Of a DNA stretch of 40,189 bases, positions 35,868 to 40,189 are shown piece after piece. Location of the stretch: positions 1-40,189 of the IMG/VR virus record IMGVR_UViG_3300022738_000047. One strand, 5' to 3'. Numbering within the stretch: the first letter of the stretch is position 1; each line of letters begins with the position of its first letter. The notes under the pieces were generated by a model that worked only from the letters and a program-made list of their open reading frames with translations, ran no database searches and had not been told where the DNA came from. Made by a program: the position numbers and the translations under genes. The stretch is from a virus. Lineage: Duplodnaviria > Caudoviricetes.

Positions 35868-36474
35868 GATTATTCCAGAGGGCTATCGCGAAAACTATCG
35901 CGGTGATTTAGTGCGCGAGGAATCGATTAAAGATATCGATTTAATGCGTGATGCGCTTGCTGTTGAAATTGCAAAAAAGGCGAGAGCTGCACGTGATTTC
36001 CTTCATGCGCTCAAAGAAGAAATTCACGCCGATATCGCTGCGTTCGTGTCTTTGTCCGCAGAAAAATACGGCGCAAAGATCGGCGGCAAAAAAGGAAGCG
36101 TGACCATCACTTCATTTGATGGTCGTATTCGAGTACTCCGCGCCATGGCCGATGAAATTATTTTTGATGAGCGCTTGCAAGCAGCCAAGGCACTCATCGA
36201 TGAGTGCCTTAAGGATTGGAGCACCGGTTCAAATCAACACCTGGTTACTTTAGTTAACGATGCATTCCGTGTTGATAAGTCCGGCAATATTTCAACGGGT
36301 CGTGTGTTGGGTTTGCGTCGTCACAACATCGACGATATCCGCTGGAAGCAAGCCATGGAAGCGATATCGGATGCGCTGCAAGTTGTAGGTTCGAAAAGTT
36401 ACATTCGTGTTTATGAACGTATTGAAGATAGCGATCAATACAAACAAATCCCTTTAGATATCGCGGCGGTGTAA
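35860..36474 (+). CDS. DUF3164 family protein (Gam position)
   Basis: LSAEKYG..GGKKG.VT.TSFDG..FDERLQAAKALIDEC..AF.VDK.G..SKSYIRVYER..IPLDIA. Confidence 0.85.
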   Translation: MDKIIPEGYRENYRGDLVREESIKDIDLMRDALAVEIAKKARAARDFLHALKEEIHADIAAFVSLSAEKYGAKIGGKKGSVTITSFDGRIRVLRAMADEIIFDERLQAAKALIDECLKDWSTGSNQHLVTLVNDAFRVDKSGNISTGRVLGLRRHNIDDIRWKQAMEAISDALQVVGSKSYIRVYERIEDSDQYKQIPLDIAAV

Positions 36475-36476
36475 AA

Positions 36477-36764
36477 ATGGAAAACTTATTATTAATTCTT
36501 GTTTCGATCACTTCAATAGTGTTCACCATCGGAGCATTTTTTTACGTAAAAAAAGCGTCTTTTGTAGAAACAAAAAAGTTCTGTTATTCGGCAAGCTTTT
36601 TCTTTGGAAATATCTTTATTGCGAATTACTGGCTTATCGACTTCTATGGTTGGATTTTAGTTTCGATCTGGTCAGTCATTCAGGTTGTTATTTTTTGGTG
36701 TTTTTATTCTGCTCACAATAAATATATTGAGCACCTACGCGCTGAAAAGCTGTTGGAGGTGTGA
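36477..36764 (+). CDS. Hypothetical multi-pass membrane protein
   Basis: About three hydrophobic segments; visibly AT-rich. Confidence 0.65.
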   Translation: MENLLLILVSITSIVFTIGAFFYVKKASFVETKKFCYSASFFFGNIFIANYWLIDFYGWILVSIWSVIQVVIFWCFYSAHNKYIEHLRAEKLLEV

Positions 36765-36765
36765 G

Positions 36766-36891
36766 ATGAAAGTTTTTAATATTTGGTTTTTTCTAAGCGT
36801 TGCATTCGCGTCTGCAACTATTTTAATAATCAAAGGATTAGCGCCATTTGGGTTACTAGTTGCTTTGATCATCATTGCATTATTCGCGTAG
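36766..36891 (+). CDS. Small hydrophobic protein, 41 aa
   Basis: GGAGG SD before ATG 36766. Confidence 0.55.
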   Translation: MKVFNIWFFLSVAFASATILIIKGLAPFGLLVALIIIALFA

Positions 36892-36904
36892 ATGGAGGTG
36901 TGAG

Positions 36905-37282
36905 TTGCTGAATAATTACACCGATAACGAGCTTATCAATATGGATCCAAAAACTGATTTGGAAGCTGAATTAATTAAACGTTTTAGTGGTAACACTGAA
37001 AAAGATTGGGATGACCTGGAAGAGCGCGAACAAAAGTGGCACACCAAGTATCTCGAATCGCAAGAGTTTGCAGACTCAATGCGTGATCAATTGCGCAAGC
37101 TAGCAACTGAAATTCACCGCTGTGCATTTTTTGGTGTGATTGAAAACACACCTGAATTTCGTCAGGCGTGTAGAGAGGTTATTGATGCGATTGATGAGGT
37201 TGTAGATTACAAACTACCAACTGGGGTGGAACCTTTGCCAATAAATAATTCATCTAGTTTTCGCGCGTGCGGTGAGGCTTGA
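36905..37282 (+). CDS. Hypothetical protein
   Basis: GGAGG SD before TTG 36905. Confidence 0.65.
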   Translation: MLNNYTDNELINMDPKTDLEAELIKRFSGNTEKDWDDLEEREQKWHTKYLESQEFADSMRDQLRKLATEIHRCAFFGVIENTPEFRQACREVIDAIDEVVDYKLPTGVEPLPINNSSSFRACGEA

Positions 37283-37283
37283 T

Positions 37284-37493
37284 ATGACCGGGATTTTGAT
37301 CACTGTTTATGAAAACAACAACACGTACACGGCGCGTGCAAATGGCAAGGTTGCATCTTGCACCGCTGGCGATATCCGAGCCGCTAACGCATGCGCCCGT
37401 AAAATTTTTACCGAACCTTTTGATTTAAAGCGCGAGAAAGATGATCGCCGTTTTTACACAAAGTGGTTGGCGATTCCAAGGACTACACAATGA
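37284..37493 (+). CDS. Hypothetical protein
   Basis: GAGG SD; TYTARANGKVASCTAG..AANACARK. Confidence 0.65.
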   Translation: MTGILITVYENNNTYTARANGKVASCTAGDIRAANACARKIFTEPFDLKREKDDRRFYTKWLAIPRTTQ

Positions 37494-37717
37494 GTGATGT
37501 TGCAGATATAGCTTCGGATATCGAAGCGGAAAGACTGGCGAATATTTTGGCAAATCGACCAAAGCAATTCATCGGCATCAGTGCCGTGGAGTGCGAAGAG
37601 TGTGGTGCCGGAATTCCAGAAGATCGCCGTTTAGCATTACCAGGAATTCAAACGTGCGTCGTCTGCGCGCAATTGAATGAAGATAAAACTGCTTTTCAAC
37701 AGGGGCGCTTCAGATGA
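37490..37717 (+). CDS. TraR/DksA-family C4 zinc finger protein
   Basis: MSDVADIA (DxxDxA), CEECG..IPEDRR.ALPG..CVVC. Confidence 0.88.
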   Translation: MSDVADIASDIEAERLANILANRPKQFIGISAVECEECGAGIPEDRRLALPGIQTCVVCAQLNEDKTAFQQGRFR

Positions 37718-37785
37718 GTAACGAATCCTTAGAAAAAGTGCTGGATAAAATTAAAAAATGCTTGGCGTTAAACGACCAGCATTAA
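37714..37785 (+). pseudogene. Truncated DUF2786-like remnant, 23 aa
   Basis: MSNESLEKVLDKIKKCLALNDQH*; ATGA-coupled to the TraR-like gene. Confidence 0.55.
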
Positions 37786-37802
37786 CTCACGCAGGAGGAT
37801 AA

Positions 37803-37940
37803 ATGAAACCGCCTATCAAATTTCTAAATATATTTTTTTCAATACTGGTGCTCGGTGGTGTGATTTTAATGTTTTATGGATTTCGCACTGATTGCCCTGG
37901 CACCGCTGGTTATGTTTCTTGTTCCGCTATGGAGAAGTAA
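37803..37940 (+). CDS. Small single-TM protein, 45 aa (not in ORF track)
   Basis: GGAGG SD; MKPPIKFLNIFFSILVLGGVILMFYGFRTDCPGTAGYVSCSAMEK*. Confidence 0.6.
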   Translation: MKPPIKFLNIFFSILVLGGVILMFYGFRTDCPGTAGYVSCSAMEK

Positions 37941-37942
37941 TT

Positions 37943-38182
37943 GTGAAAAATAAACTACCTGATTTGAACAACCACTTGTTTGCTCAATTGGAGAGGCTAT
38001 CTGACGAAGCTTTAGTTGGTGAGAAATTAAAAGAAGAAATTTTTCGTTCACGAGCTGTTGTCGATCTTGCAAGCGAAATTATCAGCAATGCGAGATTAGC
38101 TTTTGATGCTCAGAAGGAGTTTGGTAAAGAGTTGGGAGCTAAGACACCCGAAGTGCTGGGTATTGGAACTGACTCAAAGTGA
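37943..38182 (+). CDS. Conserved phage protein preceding HNH gene
   Basis: GGAG SD + GTG; KNKLPDLNNHLFAQLERL..EEIFRSRAV. Confidence 0.75.
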   Translation: MKNKLPDLNNHLFAQLERLSDEALVGEKLKEEIFRSRAVVDLASEIISNARLAFDAQKEFGKELGAKTPEVLGIGTDSK

Positions 38183-38781
38183 AGTATCAAATCGAACATC
38201 TGGAGTTTTTGAAGACAGGCTACAAATCGATGCTTATTCCCGAATTGACAGTAGCTTTTAACAAAAATTTTGGGCTAGAGCTAAAAGTTACACAAGTTTA
38301 CGGTGCGTTAAAAAACCATAAATTCACCAGTGGGCGAAAAGGGCAATTCACAAAAGGGCACATACCTTGGAACGTGGATTCTAAGGGTAAAAAGTTAACA
38401 GGAGCGAATAGTGGAAGCTTTAAAAAAGGTCAACACTGTCCAAATAAAAAGCCTTTAGGTCACGAACGGATTTGTAAAAAGGATGGGTATGTGTTGGTCA
38501 AAGTCTCTGAGAAGAATCCTCATACAGCATCTTCAGAGCGTTATAAACACAAACACATCGTAATTTGGGAATCGATTAATGGGCCTGTACCAAAAAATCA
38601 TGTCGTGACGTTTGTTGATGGCGATAAAGGTAATTTTGATAAACATAATTTAAAACTGATTCACCGTGATTTGCTTTGCAGGTTCAACCAAGCACGTGTT
38701 TATGGACTGCCAAATGAGCTTATTCCAACCATGAAAAACATAGTTGAATTGAAGACAAAAATTCAGCAGAGAGACATTTAA
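38179..38781 (+). CDS. HNH-like endonuclease domain protein
   Basis: FTKGHIPWN repeats; KHIVIWESINGPVP..VTFVDGDKGN..NL. Confidence 0.8.
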   Translation: MKYQIEHLEFLKTGYKSMLIPELTVAFNKNFGLELKVTQVYGALKNHKFTSGRKGQFTKGHIPWNVDSKGKKLTGANSGSFKKGQHCPNKKPLGHERICKKDGYVLVKVSEKNPHTASSERYKHKHIVIWESINGPVPKNHVVTFVDGDKGNFDKHNLKLIHRDLLCRFNQARVYGLPNELIPTMKNIVELKTKIQQRDI

Positions 38782-39314
38782 TGAAGTCATGTATCACTAA
38801 AGAGTACCAGCCAAACGACGAAGTACTTGGTCGGTTAAACCAAGATGGCGTTGATCGTGACTTTGCGCTCTCGCTGGTACCGGAGTTTGTAATTTATTGG
38901 CAGGAGCGCGGTTACAAAACTCATTCCTGGAATTCAAAGTTTTTAACACACGCGAAATATGAATGGCGTCGCTACGAAATCATGCTTGCACATGGTCGCG
39001 CTTACTTTCGTATGGGGCCTGAGTGGACGCCCAACAAAGATGTACTTTGGGCACTGGCCGAACAGCAAATTCCTGAAGATTTTACGATGTCAGTTTTGCC
39101 AGAGTTTCGCATTTACTGGATGGATCAGGGTTTAGTTACTAATTCCTGGAACTCTAAATTCATTGGTCACGTGCGTTTTCGCTGGCAGCACCATCTTGCC
39201 AGCCAACAAGTTTTGAATTCATCACGCCCAATCCGTCAGCAATCTATCGCTGATAGCTTAACTGACCGCGAATGGGCTCAAGACTATCGGGGAGGCAGAA
39301 ATGGCAACTGCTAA
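38781..39314 (+). CDS. Tandem DnaT-like ssDNA-binding domain protein
   Basis: Two repeats PN..V...L..PEF.IYW...G....SWNSKF..H....W; C-terminal LTDREWA. Confidence 0.65.
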   Translation: MKSCITKEYQPNDEVLGRLNQDGVDRDFALSLVPEFVIYWQERGYKTHSWNSKFLTHAKYEWRRYEIMLAHGRAYFRMGPEWTPNKDVLWALAEQQIPEDFTMSVLPEFRIYWMDQGLVTNSWNSKFIGHVRFRWQHHLASQQVLNSSRPIRQQSIADSLTDREWAQDYRGGRNGNC

Positions 39315-39813
39315 AAAGAAAGTGGATCCACAACGTGCACGTTTGATACGGCTTATACATGTCGGTCGCCGTGAGATTGGTATGGATGAGGAAAGCTATC
39401 GCCTTATGCTGGCTAACATGCCTGCTTTAGGAGGTCGCACCAGTTCCGCTGACGTGGGCATTAAAGGGCTTGAATTAATCCTGGATCAACTCAAGGCCAG
39501 AGGCTTCAAGCCACGCGCAAAGGCACCTAAATCAAAGCCCAAGCTGCTTACATCGCATGATCGCCCATTGGCTGACGATGCACAGTCAAAAATGATTCGT
39601 GGCTTGTGGTTGGAGCTTCATGAAATGGGCGAGGTTCGGGATTCCAGTGAAAAGGCGCTGGCCGCATACGTTCTCCGTATCGCTAAAATCCAAGCGCTTC
39701 AGTGGTTGGATATCGAAGGTGCAAGTAAAGTCATCGAAACTCTAAAGAAATGGCGTTCTCGTACGATAAAGAAGGGCGAGGACAAGAATAAGGAGTTAGA
39801 CGTCAATGAATGA
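39301..39813 (+). CDS. gemA: GemA / Mu gp16 family protein
   Basis: LIRLIHVGRREIGMDEESYR..SSAD..GF..MIRGLW.EL..G.V..SEKAL..VIETLKKW. Confidence 0.9.
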   Translation: MATAKKKVDPQRARLIRLIHVGRREIGMDEESYRLMLANMPALGGRTSSADVGIKGLELILDQLKARGFKPRAKAPKSKPKLLTSHDRPLADDAQSKMIRGLWLELHEMGEVRDSSEKALAAYVLRIAKIQALQWLDIEGASKVIETLKKWRSRTIKKGEDKNKELDVNE

Positions 39814-40189
39814 TCCCAAGAAACAGAGGCGGTTGGAGCATTTACGACATGAAGTTTATGAAGGCATGTCGGTACAAGCGCAAAAATGTTTAACCGAAGA
39901 TTTCAACCTGGGTTTAACACAGCGTGAGGCGCTTTGGATTAGTAATCAGCTGGTAAATTACCTTGCTGAATATTGGTCTGGACAGACGCTAACCTTCCCA
40001 AAAGACCACATATTCAATATTGACGAACGTGACTTTGAGATTTTTAACAAGGTGAACGGTAAGAATATGATGGAGGTCGCACGCGAATATAAGCTAACTA
40101 AGAATGGTTTGTATCGTGTGATTCGCCGCATTCGAGGCAGGGCGATCCGTCGCGCTGGCCAATTGGATATCTTCGGTAATCCTCAATAA
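39806..40189 (+). CDS. mor: Mor/C family transcription activator
   Basis: WSGQTLTFPK..RDFEIF..NGKN..EVAREYKLT..LYRVIRR..QLDIF. Confidence 0.9.
   Translation: MNDPKKQRRLEHLRHEVYEGMSVQAQKCLTEDFNLGLTQREALWISNQLVNYLAEYWSGQTLTFPKDHIFNIDERDFEIFNKVNGKNMMEVAREYKLTKNGLYRVIRRIRGRAIRRAGQLDIFGNPQ

Larger units (their letters stand above)
1..40189. mobile_element. Transposable Mu-like prophage, B3/BcepMu-type organisation, siphovirus-type tail
   Basis: DDE transposase, MuB-like ATPase, GemA, Mor, Mu gp25-29/F/G/I/T/gp36-like genes and Com; central repressor with divergent early and late arms; no sheath gene recognised. Ends lie outside the window. Confidence 0.95.

Noticed and set aside
1-40189. CRISPR array, tRNA/rRNA genes, prophage ends and transposase-binding sites
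   Set aside because: No spaced direct repeats or RNA genes seen by eye; the window stops at terminal stop codons, so the ends cannot be assessed.

Overview
The window is an essentially complete ~40 kb transposable (Mu-like) prophage with B3/BcepMu-type layout, trimmed at its outermost stop codons, so the TG..CA ends are not visible. A central repressor/Ner-like switch (~29.2-29.9 kb) separates a rightward early operon from a leftward late region. The early operon encodes DDE transposase, MuB-like ATPase, a DUF3164 protein, TraR, HNH, a tandem DnaT-like protein, GemA and Mor/C. The late region encodes lysis, terminase, portal, head, a non-contractile tail, fibre-like proteins, Com and a DNA adenine methylase in place of mom. 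Signals the ORF track does not show: four copies of a TTTTTGCG-N2-(C/A)GCAAAAA dyad, each 21 nt from a -10 element (one bidirectional, one leaderless, one firing inside a terminator); three operator dyads over a near-consensus sigma70 promoter; a -1 frameshift tail chaperone; nested starts; structured RNAs; a central gyrase-site-like element; matching C-/N-terminal motifs linking consecutive fibre genes; and several small unannotated ORFs. All family assignments come from motif recognition and synteny, not database searches.
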